The notes below the pieces were generated by a model that ran no database searches, was not told the origin of the DNA, and saw only the letters and a list, made by a program, of their open reading frames with translations. Below, piece after piece: positions 8,953-19,983 of a DNA stretch of 64,000 nt. Where the stretch lies: the NCBI GenBank assembly GCA_037305845.1, contig CP147778.1:2784001-2848000 (forward strand), written 5' to 3'. The position numbers and the translations under genes were made by a program. The stretch is from Candidatus Freyarchaeum deiterrae (lineage in GTDB: Archaea; Asgardarchaeota; Jordiarchaeia; Jordiarchaeales; Jordiarchaeaceae). Numbering within the stretch: position 1 is the first letter of the stretch; each line of letters opens with the position of its first letter.

Positions 8953-11385
8953 CTAGCTTGATTCTTCCCCAAAAATTAATTCAATATGTTCATGTTTTCC
9001 TCCGTCTGGAATTCTAACCGATACTACTTGCTCATCTTTGAGATAAATCCATCCACTGGTTTTGTCCCTTAATTCACTCTCTGAGGAGACCGCTCTCATA
9101 GTTTCGCTTTTCCATAAAACTCTGCTCGGCTTTTTTACACCATTGAACTGCATTTCGCACGACCTAGGCTCAGGTTTGTAGTTTCCTTCCTCTTTGCTTA
9201 TTTCGAATTTTATGCTCTTATCGGTTTTGGAGCAGGTGTAATTAACTAAGAGGAAATCACCCCTAGTATAGTCAAAGCTCACACCATCGTCTTCATAGTA
9301 TTGAGCTTTGGATGTTCCTGATGGATAAATGTTGAGAATTAGGGGGTCGATGGGTTTCTCATCGGAATACTGAACTACATCCCGCATTGGAATTATGGCA
9401 CCACCCCGGACAAATATTGGGCAGACATCTAATGGCACATCAACTATTATGGGAAACGCTCCATCATGCTTCTCATTTGTCCAGAAGTTAAACCATTCTC
9501 CTTTGGGTAGATAGACTGTTCGGGTCTTAGCATTCTCATAAACCACGGGCGCGATAAGCAACCAGTCCCCAAACATAAACTGCCGCTCAGCCACATTCCC
9601 CTCAACAGAGCCGCTCAACACAAATTGATCATCTGGGAACTCAATGAACATCGCCCGCATAACTGGAACCCCGGTTCGTGATGCTTGATAGAAGCAGTTG
9701 TAGATGTAGAGAAGCAGACAGTATCGCAGTTCAATGTACTTGCGGCTGATATTCTCCACCTCTTCTCCATAAGACCAGGGCTCCTGGTCGGCTGTGCCAA
9801 TCATGGTGTGGGTTCTGCAGAAAGGGTAGAACACGCCCAGTTGGATCCAGCGAGCGTAAAGCTCTGGTGAAGGTTCTCTTTTGAATCCCCCGATGTCTGC
9901 GCCTACGAAGGGTTCCCCGGAAACACCTAAGTTTAGGCACATTGGTATGCTTAGACGGAGGTGCTCCCAGCTACTCTCGTTGTCACCTGTCCATACTGCG
10001 GCGTATCGCTGAATTCCCGAAAAGGCGGACCTAGTTAAAACAAACGGACGGGTATTTGGTCTCAGGCGGCGTAATCCCTCATGAGCCGCTCGAGCCATCT
10101 CCAAGCCATAAACATTATGAATCTCACGGTGATCAGTCCCCCTGCCATCAACGTCGTGAACCGCATCCAGCGCCATAGTGTTCGTGGCGGTTATTACCGA
10201 GGGCTCATTCATATCCACCCAAAAACCTGCAACCCCCACGTCCAAGAGTTCTTTGTAAAGGGTCCCCCACCATTCTCGGGTTTTGAAGTTGGCGAAATCT
10301 GGAAAGTGGCAATCTCCAGGCCAGACCGCACCAATAAACAATTTTTCGTTTGGTAGCTGAACAAAGTGGTTCCCTGATATGCCCTGCTTATAAACAGGGT
10401 ATTCCCTGTCGACTTTGATTCCGGGGTCGGTAATCACCGTGAGTTTGAATCCTTGCTTCCTGAGGTCAGAAATCATCTTCTTGGGGTTGGGAAACCGGTT
10501 CTTATCCCAGGTGAAGCAGCGGTAACCGTCCATGTAGTCTATGTCCAACCAGAGCACATCACAGGGTATTCTCCGTTTTCTGAACTCATCGGCTATTTGC
10601 CGGACCTTGCTTTCCGGGTAGTAACTCCAGCGGCACTGATGATAAGCTATAGACCACAGGGGCGGAAGGGGCATCCTACCCGTCAACTCAGTGTAACTTG
10701 AAATGACCTGCTTCGGTTCAGGTCCGTAAATAAAATAGTAGTCCAGAGGTTCACTAGAGGCTCCAAAGGAGTAGTAATCCACAGACTCTTTACCCATGTC
10801 AAACGAGGAGCGATAGGTGTTGTCAAAAAAGATGCCGTAACTTCTTCCCTCTCTAAAACCCAGAAAAAAGGGAAAGGATTCATAGAGTGGATCTGTTGGT
10901 GTGTAGTGACTAACGTTATCGGTGTTCCACATGGTGAGTGCCTGGTCACGCTTGTCGAGGGGACCAGCTTTTTCCCCGAAGCCAAAGTAATGCTCTCCCT
11001 CAGGCATCTCCTTCCAGCAGCGCACCTGCTTACCATCCCAACCCATACCCTTAGCGGCATCATCACGGTTGATCAGCCATCCATCAGATGAGCGGAACTC
11101 CAATCTGCAGGAATTCTTTCCAATCCGTAAAATCAAATCACTTGTAGAAATCTCTAGGAATTCCGACTGCTCAATAAATTCGAACTTGGGGATAGGATAT
11201 TCTTGCCCAACAATGGCCCAAGACTTTCTGGCAATCTGATCAGGTGTTATGAGGTGTACGCGGATAATATTTGGGCTTAGAACCTTGATTTCAACTCCCA
11301 GCTCCTCACACTCAATCTCTAAAACATTCTCTTTCAGATTATAATTCTTCATTGATCCAACTGAAATCCATTGTTTTCTCACCAT
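8953..11385 (-). CDS. GH31 alpha-glucosidase-family glycoside hydrolase
   Basis: WLDIDYM, WVDMNEP (nucleophile), WTGDN (acid/base), GADIGGF and YEDDG motifs; GGAGGTG SD. Confidence 0.95.
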   Translation of the reverse strand: MVRKQWISVGSMKNYNLKENVLEIECEELGVEIKVLSPNIIRVHLITPDQIARKSWAIVGQEYPIPKFEFIEQSEFLEISTSDLILRIGKNSCRLEFRSSDGWLINRDDAAKGMGWDGKQVRCWKEMPEGEHYFGFGEKAGPLDKRDQALTMWNTDNVSHYTPTDPLYESFPFFLGFREGRSYGIFFDNTYRSSFDMGKESVDYYSFGASSEPLDYYFIYGPEPKQVISSYTELTGRMPLPPLWSIAYHQCRWSYYPESKVRQIADEFRKRRIPCDVLWLDIDYMDGYRCFTWDKNRFPNPKKMISDLRKQGFKLTVITDPGIKVDREYPVYKQGISGNHFVQLPNEKLFIGAVWPGDCHFPDFANFKTREWWGTLYKELLDVGVAGFWVDMNEPSVITATNTMALDAVHDVDGRGTDHREIHNVYGLEMARAAHEGLRRLRPNTRPFVLTRSAFSGIQRYAAVWTGDNESSWEHLRLSIPMCLNLGVSGEPFVGADIGGFKREPSPELYARWIQLGVFYPFCRTHTMIGTADQEPWSYGEEVENISRKYIELRYCLLLYIYNCFYQASRTGVPVMRAMFIEFPDDQFVLSGSVEGNVAERQFMFGDWLLIAPVVYENAKTRTVYLPKGEWFNFWTNEKHDGAFPIIVDVPLDVCPIFVRGGAIIPMRDVVQYSDEKPIDPLILNIYPSGTSKAQYYEDDGVSFDYTRGDFLLVNYTCSKTDKSIKFEISKEEGNYKPEPRSCEMQFNGVKKPSRVLWKSETMRAVSSESELRDKTSGWIYLKDEQVVSVRIPDGGKHEHIELIFGEESS

Positions 11386-11594
11386 ATTTCCACACCTCCA
11401 GCAAAAAAACCTGAAGTGACCTTTGAATAAAGTGCTTCCTCAGAACTTAGGTTTAAAATATACAGTTGCGCTACTAAAAAATATTCTATTCGGTATAAAA
11501 AATATCAATTACTAAATAAATAAATTTTGGAAAAGATTATAGCGCTAAAAATTTTAGGAAAAAATGAAAAAAATAATTGGAGGCGAGTGGAAGA

Positions 11595-13295
11595 TTACAT
11601 CGCTTGTTGAAAGAGTCGCATTTCTTCAACTAGTTTTTGTCTGTGAGGCAATTGCTCAAGATTGAATTGTTCTCCGACTAGTCCTGACTTCTTTTGTCCT
11701 AGAACGTAGGGTAGGTATATGAGATCTTCTGTTTTTGGAACTATTGCTTTAACCTTGCCTGGGTCGAATCCTTTACTTCCATAGGAGCTTGGTAATCTGA
11801 GTCTTGCCCCAGTTTCTTTTACTAGGAGTTCTCTCTCCTCTCTGAATCTGAAGGCTTGTAGGTAAAGGTTTTGAGCGTCGCTGGGAGTAACTGTGGGGGG
11901 CAGTACTACTACAGATTTTTTAGCGGCTGATGCTCCGATGCTCGTTAGTTCCTCCATTTGACTCCCTAGATTTGTGCCTATTACTTTGCTGAAACCAGGG
12001 GTTAGGACTGAGGGGTAGTCCGCTTCCAAGAATAGTTGATCGCTGATGTTATAAGCTGCATCGCAGAGACCGTAGAAGGCGTTTTCCTCACCCTTCTTCC
12101 AGAGGAGCATTCCCCTCTTTAGTATTGTCGCCACTTTTACTAGGTAGAAGGGATAGAGGTAGAGTTCGTAGGATCCCTTAACATTTTTTTCAGCCCAATT
12201 TTCAGCTTCTGAAATACCATAGGTCTTAAAGCTTCGCTTCGTGAGTACTGTCTTGAGATTCTCCATGAACCAGCTCACCTTATCCAGCTCTAGGGTTCCT
12301 GTGAACCAACTCATATCAATGACATCGGGCACCATGTCTAGTACTTTCTGGCTGGGTCTTATGACAGTGCTTTCAACAATTCTCTTGAAGGCCTGCATGA
12401 AGTTGTTGAAGGGCTTCTTTGAAAGAGTATAAAGGGATAGAATCGAGGAGAATGTGGTGTAAGACTCCCCATCTCTTTTAAGTCCTTCCTCAACCAATAT
12501 TCTGTCAACTCTGGGCGCTTCCTTAAGCTCCCTTAGGCGGTTAGTTAGGCTGCCTATAGTTTCATACGATTTCTGGAGGAAGTCTTCTGTGATATTGTCT
12601 TTCTCAGCGATTTTGTTGGCAAGCTCACTTATATATTGGGAGCTTAGCCTGAATCTTTCAGCTAGAATATCGTAGTAAGCTTTCTTGTCTCCCTCAACAA
12701 AGTTCATGCTTTCCTGAATTTTTTCCACGATTCTATCGCAGCTTTTTGTTGCCATCATATAGTTTTCGACGATGTCACTCTCTGCAAGACCCATTATGTT
12801 CAGTAGAAGAGGAATAGTCCAAGATCGTAACTCAAGTGACATGAGTTTCTCCTTTGCTTCGGGTGTTGTGGCGAAGCCTGTAACGTTTGGTAGTGAGAGC
12901 TTATAGGCCAGTTCTTGTAGGGGTTTTCCCATACTGGTTCTCCACTCAAAGTCTAGTCGCAAGTTGGGTAGAGTGTCGTAGAATGAGGCGTAGAGAATTG
13001 GGAATTCAAGAGGCTCAACGAAGTCGCCCACAACGTTTGTGAACTCAACTGCAAGGCTTGGAAATATCCGGTCAGCAAAATATCTTGCTCTCATCGCCGC
13101 GTCAGTTCCTTCGCCTCCGACAGCTCCCACACTGCTCAGCCATTTCGCTATATCATTCATGAACTTACTCATTTCATCCTCAATATTTGAGATCTGATTA
13201 ACGCCACCGCAGTAAATGCAATTTAATATTTCATCCTTCTTGGTAACACTAAGCGGAGCACCACAATTCTTACACATATAATACTTTATTGACAT
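11595..13295 (-). CDS. hypothetical protein with N-terminal Zn ribbon
   Basis: CKNCGAPL...CIYCG followed by a long helical region; AGGAGGAG SD immediately after the upstream stop. Confidence 0.8.
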   Translation of the reverse strand: MSIKYYMCKNCGAPLSVTKKDEILNCIYCGGVNQISNIEDEMSKFMNDIAKWLSSVGAVGGEGTDAAMRARYFADRIFPSLAVEFTNVVGDFVEPLEFPILYASFYDTLPNLRLDFEWRTSMGKPLQELAYKLSLPNVTGFATTPEAKEKLMSLELRSWTIPLLLNIMGLAESDIVENYMMATKSCDRIVEKIQESMNFVEGDKKAYYDILAERFRLSSQYISELANKIAEKDNITEDFLQKSYETIGSLTNRLRELKEAPRVDRILVEEGLKRDGESYTTFSSILSLYTLSKKPFNNFMQAFKRIVESTVIRPSQKVLDMVPDVIDMSWFTGTLELDKVSWFMENLKTVLTKRSFKTYGISEAENWAEKNVKGSYELYLYPFYLVKVATILKRGMLLWKKGEENAFYGLCDAAYNISDQLFLEADYPSVLTPGFSKVIGTNLGSQMEELTSIGASAAKKSVVVLPPTVTPSDAQNLYLQAFRFREERELLVKETGARLRLPSSYGSKGFDPGKVKAIVPKTEDLIYLPYVLGQKKSGLVGEQFNLEQLPHRQKLVEEMRLFQQAM

Positions 13296-13308
13296 TTTCA
13301 CTCCTCCT

Positions 13309-14268
13309 TTAAATTCTATTCACTGCTGCTTCAAGTTGTCTAACTCTCGCCTCAAGCGCTGCTATGGCTTGCATCGCAAGACTATGGTATCCTCTAGCAA
13401 TCCTGTCAGCCTCGTAGAATACTGCGGTGTAACAGGGACTGCAAAGAGCTATTCCAGAAGTTCCATTTATAACTCTCATGTCTTCGTTTCTTTCCCTTAG
13501 GAGGTTCTCAAAGTAGGCTCCGACATCAGCCTTCACGATTTTGAAGTGGTCTGCGCTTTGAATTTCTCTGCCGCACATCCAGCACTTTCTCGTCGCCCTT
13601 AGTTCCTGAATCCGAGCTCTAACACTCTTTCCGACATCATATAGCCTAGCTGCTCTATAGGCTTTAGCAGCTATAATAAGGTACTCGGTGGCCTTCGGTG
13701 GTGCAATTTCTATGTATTGCCTTCCCTTAATAAATTCAATATGGCCCTCACATTCTAGGGCGGCATTGTTTCCCGTGGTTCTCCTCTTAAGGCAGGAAAC
13801 ATACCTTGAGAATATGAGAGGAGAATCGCCTATTTCTAAAAAGAGGTCATAAGCCCTTTCCAGAAGCTTCACAGCATCTACAACATTTGGAGCTTGTAGA
13901 CCAAGGCTCATATAGGATGTCCCCTTGGCCTCCGTGAGAAGCTTCGCAGTGTCAAACTCGCCGTAAAGTCCACCAGGCATATACGCCGTGACCTTTATAG
14001 ATGGAAGCTTGCTAGCGTTCTCCAGAAATTTTCTAAGAGAACCTGTTTCAAGCAAATCCTTTTTGTCCTTCACGTCTTGATTGCAGGGGTAAAGGTAGGA
14101 TAATAACAAAGCCTGCTCAGCCTCTTGATCCCACCCGAGACTCCTACACGCGTCTACCGAATCAGAATACTTTTTAGCAGCCTTACCAAAATCACCTATA
14201 CGCGCCGTGTTTTCAGCATCCTCAAGCTTACTCTCACAACGCTCTGTATCCTTGTCTTTGGAACTCAT
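13309..14268 (-). CDS. hypothetical protein: helical-repeat N-term, C-terminal Zn finger and coiled coil
   Basis: CWMC...CSPC motif; AIAALEARVRQLE coiled coil; AGGTGA SD before ATG 14268. Confidence 0.8.
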   Translation of the reverse strand: MSSKDKDTERCESKLEDAENTARIGDFGKAAKKYSDSVDACRSLGWDQEAEQALLLSYLYPCNQDVKDKKDLLETGSLRKFLENASKLPSIKVTAYMPGGLYGEFDTAKLLTEAKGTSYMSLGLQAPNVVDAVKLLERAYDLFLEIGDSPLIFSRYVSCLKRRTTGNNAALECEGHIEFIKGRQYIEIAPPKATEYLIIAAKAYRAARLYDVGKSVRARIQELRATRKCWMCGREIQSADHFKIVKADVGAYFENLLRERNEDMRVINGTSGIALCSPCYTAVFYEADRIARGYHSLAMQAIAALEARVRQLEAAVNRI

Positions 14269-14742
14269 TTTGTTCACCTTTTAACCCTTTATCAAAATAA
14301 TAGTCTGAATACCACGACATATTAAATCAAAGAGAACATGTTTGTAACTGTTGCTTTTCCCTCACTATTATATCTACAACGTGGTTTACTTCTTTTTTCT
14401 TCCTTATAACTTTTACTTAAACGCAAGCTTATAGTTCCCACAACATGTTTGGACGCTCTACGGCATTAGTCTCCGTCCATGGTTCCTCTTGGAACCAGTA
14501 CTCGATTTCATACCTTCCACCACGCAGAAAATACACCGCTCAGCAAATAAACAAAAACATACTTATTTCATTGTACCAATCAAAATGGCATAGTTGACCT
14601 GTTGTTTCCTTTCGTGAGTTAAGTCAAAAAACGCCATAGGAAACGAAGTTAACTGTTGTCATTAAAATTACCAAAACTTTTATATAAATCCCAAAGGCTT
14701 CATGCAACATATACAACAACCAATGCATCTGGAGAAATTCAA

Positions 14743-15180
14743 ATGCTAAAAAGTAAAATGCTACTATACCTCTCGCTATTCGCACTATTACTCCCCCCCT
14801 TAGTTCTATCATTATCTAGTTTAACTAGTGCCTACGTCCCATTGCAGACTTCAAACGATATATTTAGTTACATCGTTTCCGCCTTAGACGAACAAGCTTC
14901 CAATACTCTGATATTTCAAATAGTCGCTATCGTCACCATTGTCATCGTCGCTTGTGTGTTCGTAGGAGTGTATGTCCAAAAGCGAAGACAAAGTTACGCT
15001 TCAACTACCAGTGTTCCTGTAAGTAGAGCTCGTGTTAAAGCTCGTCCAGGACCTCAAGCTCAAGTTTCCACGGCTCCAGCATCAGCAGCTCCGGCTCAAG
15101 GTGGTGTTCTGTGTCCTTATTGTGGATTCGACAATGTACGCGGTGCAAAGCTTTGCGTAAAATGCGGTAAAACACTATAG
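14743..15180 (+). CDS. membrane protein with C-terminal zinc ribbon
   Basis: Signal-like N-terminus, a TM followed by KRR, an Ala/Pro linker, then CPYCG...CVKCG. Confidence 0.8.
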   Translation: MLKSKMLLYLSLFALLLPPLVLSLSSLTSAYVPLQTSNDIFSYIVSALDEQASNTLIFQIVAIVTIVIVACVFVGVYVQKRRQSYASTTSVPVSRARVKARPGPQAQVSTAPASAAPAQGGVLCPYCGFDNVRGAKLCVKCGKTL

Positions 15181-15240
15181 GCAACACTCAGAAAAACTCT
15201 TAGCAGAATCAAAACTCGACCCAAAATCAGTTGAAGCCTA

Positions 15241-15260
15241 CTCTTTTTTTCTTTCTTTAT
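15241..15260 (+). terminator. T-rich archaeal terminator-like tract
   Basis: CTCTTTTTTTCTTTCTTTAT about 60 nt after the stop at 15180. Confidence 0.35.
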
Positions 15261-15374
15261 AGTAATTAGCTCCATTTTTCTTTTAATTTTCTAGGATCCA
15301 AAGACTATTTTCTCACTTTATATTGTTTGATACTAAAGTTATAAATTTGAAGAGTAAGGGGAGTTTAACGTTTG

Positions 15375-17135
15375 TTACTCGTGTCTCACTAGTTTAAATA
15401 TTCCTATTCGAATTGAGAGGTACGCTGCCACAACGCCTATTATGATGGCCACTATAATCCCTAATTCATTTGGTATAATGGGATATAGAGAATAGATTGC
15501 TGTAATCAGGTTTGAAATGTACGGGAATACTTGGAGTAGACCCCCCAGAATGGGGTAGGAGAGAATTACGTTCAACACCCATGGAAACACGGCGAATAAT
15601 ATCATTAAACCCCCCACCACCGCAACTATGATAGCTATCGCGGTGGAGTTCACTAGGTGTCCGCCGCTCTCCTCCTGCAGAACGGGTCGCGCGCTATAAA
15701 CCCCTAACGCTATAGCACAACTAATTATAACCATAAACAGCATAACTGGGATTAGTATTTGTATGCCCGGGCTCTGATTGCCTAAAACTATCTGAAAGAC
15801 TATTCCCGAAACCAGTCCTAGCGGCAGTCCGACTATGAGCATTTCTGTAAACTTTGAGTGAACCAGTATTTCAATCCCGTGAGGAGCTTTTTTGTAAGTC
15901 ATGAGGACGAGTTTCCCCTTGACGGTCATCTGCGTAGCCTCGATCTGACCAATCATGGTACTAATCATAATGATAAAAAGAAAAGCTATAGCTGGGGAGA
16001 TTAGAAGACTTAGAGGATTTGTGTTTGAGTAGAAGCTGTTTACAAGTTTTGTTACTGCGAAGAAATACAGTATTATGGGGAAGAGAAAAACTGTTACAAC
16101 TCTCGCCAGGCTTTCGGGGTCTCTGAAAAACTCCTTCAACTGAATAACCGTCAATTTGCCCAGTTTTGTGGGAATAATTCTACGTAGAAAACGGTATGAT
16201 CTCTCCTCCTTTTTTAGAGTCACTAAGCCTTCACCAATAAGGTCTAGCTGTCTGATTCTACGAATAAGAAATACACCCAACAAAAAGATCACGCAGAAAA
16301 ACGTTACTAGTAGAACTAGACTGATCAAGGGATCAGGTTCAAGAAGAACAGGATAAGAAAACAATCCTGGATACTTAATAAGAGTAATATTCGTCCCCGC
16401 TAGTGCGTAGTAGATGATGTTTGAGGTCCAGGTTGTGGGTGAATACCAAATGTTGAGGGAGGAGGTTTGAGAGCTGGAAAGAATAAAGAAAGTCAATCCG
16501 ATTATAACCGCAACAACAATAATCACTACCTTTGCTAAATCTTTGTATTTCGGAGAACTCATGCCTTTCAACTTCAAATAAGCCGATAAGAGTGCTCCTA
16601 TCCAGAGCCCCGTGACGTAGAGCAAAACTACTGCTAAAGCCACAAAAATCGGAAACAAGGGGCCGGAATATCCATACTGCATTATGGGGGGCATTAGAGC
16701 CACACTGAAAAGTGAGAGTAAGAAAGGCAGGGGAAACAGATTAACTACCAGTCCTCCGAAAAATATATGCCTAGGTTGAACAGGGCTGGAATAAAGAATG
16801 TCCATGTTCTCCGACCCTACTTCCCTCAGAGTATTAGCTAAACCCGCTATAATGGGAAAGAATAAGCTAAGAAGCGAAACAAACTGACCAACAACCAGCG
16901 TAACGTCGACCTGCGGATACAATGAGGGAGCAACAATAATAGGAACTCCCAAAAAATTCCTAATTAGTTGCATGGAACTATTATTTATGAAAATATTATT
17001 CGAAACAGTTATCACAATGAAGAACACAGCCACTGGAATGACAAATAAAAGCGGGAGGATGACCTTTCGGAATCTACGCACTCCAGAAGTAATAAGCCGA
17101 TACTCGTTTTTCGCGATGGTATACCAAGAAGGCAT
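15375..17135 (-). CDS. polytopic membrane protein, putative ABC-2-type exporter permease
   Basis: Two similar halves, each starting with a basic amphipathic helix (IAKNEYR / QLKEFFRD), with a DILYSSPV loop; more than 10 TM. Confidence 0.7.
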   Translation of the reverse strand: MPSWYTIAKNEYRLITSGVRRFRKVILPLLFVIPVAVFFIVITVSNNIFINNSSMQLIRNFLGVPIIVAPSLYPQVDVTLVVGQFVSLLSLFFPIIAGLANTLREVGSENMDILYSSPVQPRHIFFGGLVVNLFPLPFLLSLFSVALMPPIMQYGYSGPLFPIFVALAVVLLYVTGLWIGALLSAYLKLKGMSSPKYKDLAKVVIIVVAVIIGLTFFILSSSQTSSLNIWYSPTTWTSNIIYYALAGTNITLIKYPGLFSYPVLLEPDPLISLVLLVTFFCVIFLLGVFLIRRIRQLDLIGEGLVTLKKEERSYRFLRRIIPTKLGKLTVIQLKEFFRDPESLARVVTVFLFPIILYFFAVTKLVNSFYSNTNPLSLLISPAIAFLFIIMISTMIGQIEATQMTVKGKLVLMTYKKAPHGIEILVHSKFTEMLIVGLPLGLVSGIVFQIVLGNQSPGIQILIPVMLFMVIISCAIALGVYSARPVLQEESGGHLVNSTAIAIIVAVVGGLMILFAVFPWVLNVILSYPILGGLLQVFPYISNLITAIYSLYPIIPNELGIIVAIIIGVVAAYLSIRIGIFKLVRHE

Positions 17136-17497
17136 GTTACCTTTGAAGCGCTACTAGTTTTTAAATCTTCTCAATTAATCAATTAAAAAAATCAAACACT
17201 AACGAAGCCCCAGCAAAACTATATCTCTACTAGAGAACTTTGTAAAATTAAGTATCGGATATATTCTTTATCTATTTCATTTATTCTTGTTGATACTTTT
17301 TTATGAATTTTAGAGAGTGCGTTTTATACACTTTAGAAATTGGTTAAAAAAACCATATATAGACGGACACCTAGGCGGATTCATAGTATCGTCGACAAAC
17401 ATTCAACACACAATAAAACTAGAAAACTTGCGGTAGGTAATTAAAACCGACAAAAAGTGCCTAACTTCTCCCCCAAAACGAAGAGGATGAAATAAAC

Positions 17498-18136
17498 ATG
17501 GCAGACCAGTTTGAATTAATCAAAAATAGCATAATCAGATTCGAAACCGAGAAAATAGAGAACTACATCAAAAAAGCACTAAAATCAGGAGCCACCCCCA
17601 CAGAAATCATAGAAAGGGGAATAAGACCTGGAGCCGAACTTACCGGAAAAAAGTTTGACAAATGTGAATTCTACCTCCCAGAACTTATAATGGCGGGTGA
17701 AGTAATCAAGAAGGGAATCTCAGCTCTTGAACCCCTACTGATAAAAGAAAAAAGCGCATACAAAGGCACCGTGATCGCAGCAACCGTACAGGGCGACCTC
17801 CACGAGATTGGAAAAGACTTGGTTTCAGTAATGCTCAAAGGAAACGGATTCAAAGTAATCGACCTAGGTGTCGACGTACCCCCAGAAAAAGTGGTCAAAG
17901 CAGTAAAAGAAAACGAAGCAAGAATTATCTGCTTATCCCTCCTTCTAACCCCAGCGTATGATGGGTTATCCGCAACCATAAAAGCCCTGGAAGAAAACAG
18001 TCTAAGAAAAAGGGTAAAAATAGTCTTAGGAGGAGCAGCGGTCTCCCAAGAAACGGTAAAAAGATATGGAGCAGACTACTACGGACGCGACGCCAACGAA
18101 GCGGTAGAAATCTGCAAACGAATACTGAGCATTTAG
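17498..18136 (+). CDS. corrinoid (B12-binding) protein, MtbC/MttC-like
   Basis: EFYLPELIMAG cap domain, GDLHEIGK (DxHxxG), SLL and LGGA motifs. Confidence 0.92.
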   Translation: MADQFELIKNSIIRFETEKIENYIKKALKSGATPTEIIERGIRPGAELTGKKFDKCEFYLPELIMAGEVIKKGISALEPLLIKEKSAYKGTVIAATVQGDLHEIGKDLVSVMLKGNGFKVIDLGVDVPPEKVVKAVKENEARIICLSLLLTPAYDGLSATIKALEENSLRKRVKIVLGGAAVSQETVKRYGADYYGRDANEAVEICKRILSI

Positions 18137-18225
18137 AGCAAATAAAAGGAAACCAAAAAAGTAAAATTTAAACGCAGACCATTTTTTTAAAATTTCATAG
18201 CCTAAAAGAGAAACCATTGAACACA

Positions 18226-18915
18226 TCAAGTTTTCCGGATTTTTGTTACGTTCCTTTCACGTAGCATCTGTATGCCCACCACGTAGACCCAGATAACGAA
18301 CAGGGTTGTTGTACTCCACTCTGCCGCTGGAATCCCTAGAATTGCGAGAATTATGTCCACTACAATCACGATGACTCCGAACCATGAGATCGCCTTTGGG
18401 AAAATCTCACTTGAGTACATAGCGTAGCTTGCAAGAATTATAGCCAAACCTATAAGTGCAAAGAAGGCAAATGAGAAAAGTCCATGTTCCGGTTCAAGTG
18501 CCGGAAAGACACCCACATACATCGGAAAGATACCTACACCGATAAGAGCGATAGAACCAGCAACACCAACTACCGTGGCTCCAATTGCGACTCGTTTTCT
18601 CTCCAGAAGTCGACGTAGTATCGGAAATACTGGAATGGATAATATACCGGTGATCATCAAACCGTAGTTATAAATAGGTCCAGAGGTGGGGCCAGCTCCC
18701 AGCTCACTGAGATACCGATCCAATATGCTGAAACCAAAGTTGGGACTAGGAAATACAAAAATCGAGAAAAACCAGGGTCTCAGAGGAGATGTCGCATTAA
18801 ATAGCACTGCGGTCGATATGAAAATAACGGTAAAGGTCATAGCCACAATAGCGAGTACGCCTCCAAGCAATGTCACTCTCGGATTTAACTCCATTACTAT
18901 CTTCTTCGCCGTCAA
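18226..18915 (-). CDS. DUF998-like membrane protein, paralog 1
   Basis: YLSELG, YNYGLMITG, GVGIFP, H..FS and AEW motifs; GAGGTGA SD then TTG. Confidence 0.75.
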   Translation of the reverse strand: MTAKKIVMELNPRVTLLGGVLAIVAMTFTVIFISTAVLFNATSPLRPWFFSIFVFPSPNFGFSILDRYLSELGAGPTSGPIYNYGLMITGILSIPVFPILRRLLERKRVAIGATVVGVAGSIALIGVGIFPMYVGVFPALEPEHGLFSFAFFALIGLAIILASYAMYSSEIFPKAISWFGVIVIVVDIILAILGIPAAEWSTTTLFVIWVYVVGIQMLRERNVTKIRKT

Positions 18916-19115
18916 AATCACCTCTTATTCAATTATGAAAAATTGGTTCCACTTCCTATTAACAATTATTGTTATAGAAGGAAGCATTATGAAAAAAAAA
19001 TAATTCAAAAAATGAGAGAAAGAAAATCGCTACCGTATGAAGAATAAAAAAGGATAATTGATAATTTGATTTAGGGATTTCTAATTGAAGGATTGCTACT
19101 ATCTTTTCTCAGTAT

Positions 19116-19781
19116 CTAAACTTCTGTCGCGTTGCGTCTTATGAGCATGTGTATTCCCACTGCTAAGATCCACACCACTACGGCAAAGAAAACTGCCCAC
19201 TCTTCAACTGATTTTTGAAGAATTAGGAAGCTTAGGTCAATTGCAGCAAAGATAATTCCCAGTGCCACATTTACTTTAGAGAAAAACTTACCTCGAAACA
19301 TCGCGTAACTCAGAAGAACAATTGAAATACCTACAGCTATGAAGAAAGTAAAAGCAAAGATGAGATGCTCCGCGGTGTGAATATACAAAGGGAAAACACT
19401 ACTCATGCTCATGCCTATTGAAGCAACTACTCCTGCTACGATTCCAATCTTAGCTATAATAGTACTTCTCAAGAGTCTCAACATAGCGGGATATGCGGGA
19501 ATCACTAGAATACCAGAAATAATTATGCCCACATTGTACAAGAACGCGGAAGGTCCAGCACTCATTTCACTCACGAACTGATACCAAAAATCGTACCCTA
19601 CGTTAAGCACTGGTATGGGATAAAGAAGCCCCATAACACTCAGGGGTCTAAAAGGAAACACGGTGTAAGTAACCACAGCACCAAGTACAGAAACAGTACC
19701 TACAACTGCGGAAATAACAGCAAACAATCCACCAATAATAGCAGCCCTCGGACTCACCGCCGACTTCTTAGACTTCGCCAC
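19116..19781 (-). CDS. DUF998-like membrane protein, paralog 2
   Basis: VSEMS, YNVGIIISG, VFP, H..FA and EEW motifs; GAGGT SD then GTG. Confidence 0.75.
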   Translation of the reverse strand: MAKSKKSAVSPRAAIIGGLFAVISAVVGTVSVLGAVVTYTVFPFRPLSVMGLLYPIPVLNVGYDFWYQFVSEMSAGPSAFLYNVGIIISGILVIPAYPAMLRLLRSTIIAKIGIVAGVVASIGMSMSSVFPLYIHTAEHLIFAFTFFIAVGISIVLLSYAMFRGKFFSKVNVALGIIFAAIDLSFLILQKSVEEWAVFFAVVVWILAVGIHMLIRRNATEV

Positions 19782-19983
19782 TACATTACCTCTCATTAAA
19801 TCATACACCAAAATTGTATCCACTATCAGACCACTCAATAATTAAACTTTACTCAAATTTGTGAAAATTCAGTACTAATAATATGAAATAAAGAATTAAA
19901 ACAATCCCTATTGTTAGAAAAGAAAAAAATGAGTTGGATAATTCGGTTAGTGACGCTTTTAAGCTTCCATGTTTTTGGGTTTT

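Noticed and set aside
14429-14536. 35-codon GTG ORF on the minus strand and TGGTTCC-TCTT-GGAACCA hairpin
   Set aside because: No clear SD or motif; a single 7-bp hairpin is within chance.
17360-17497. Cobalamin riboswitch upstream of the corrinoid gene
   Set aside because: No B12-box or GGGAA/GCCACTG core visible.
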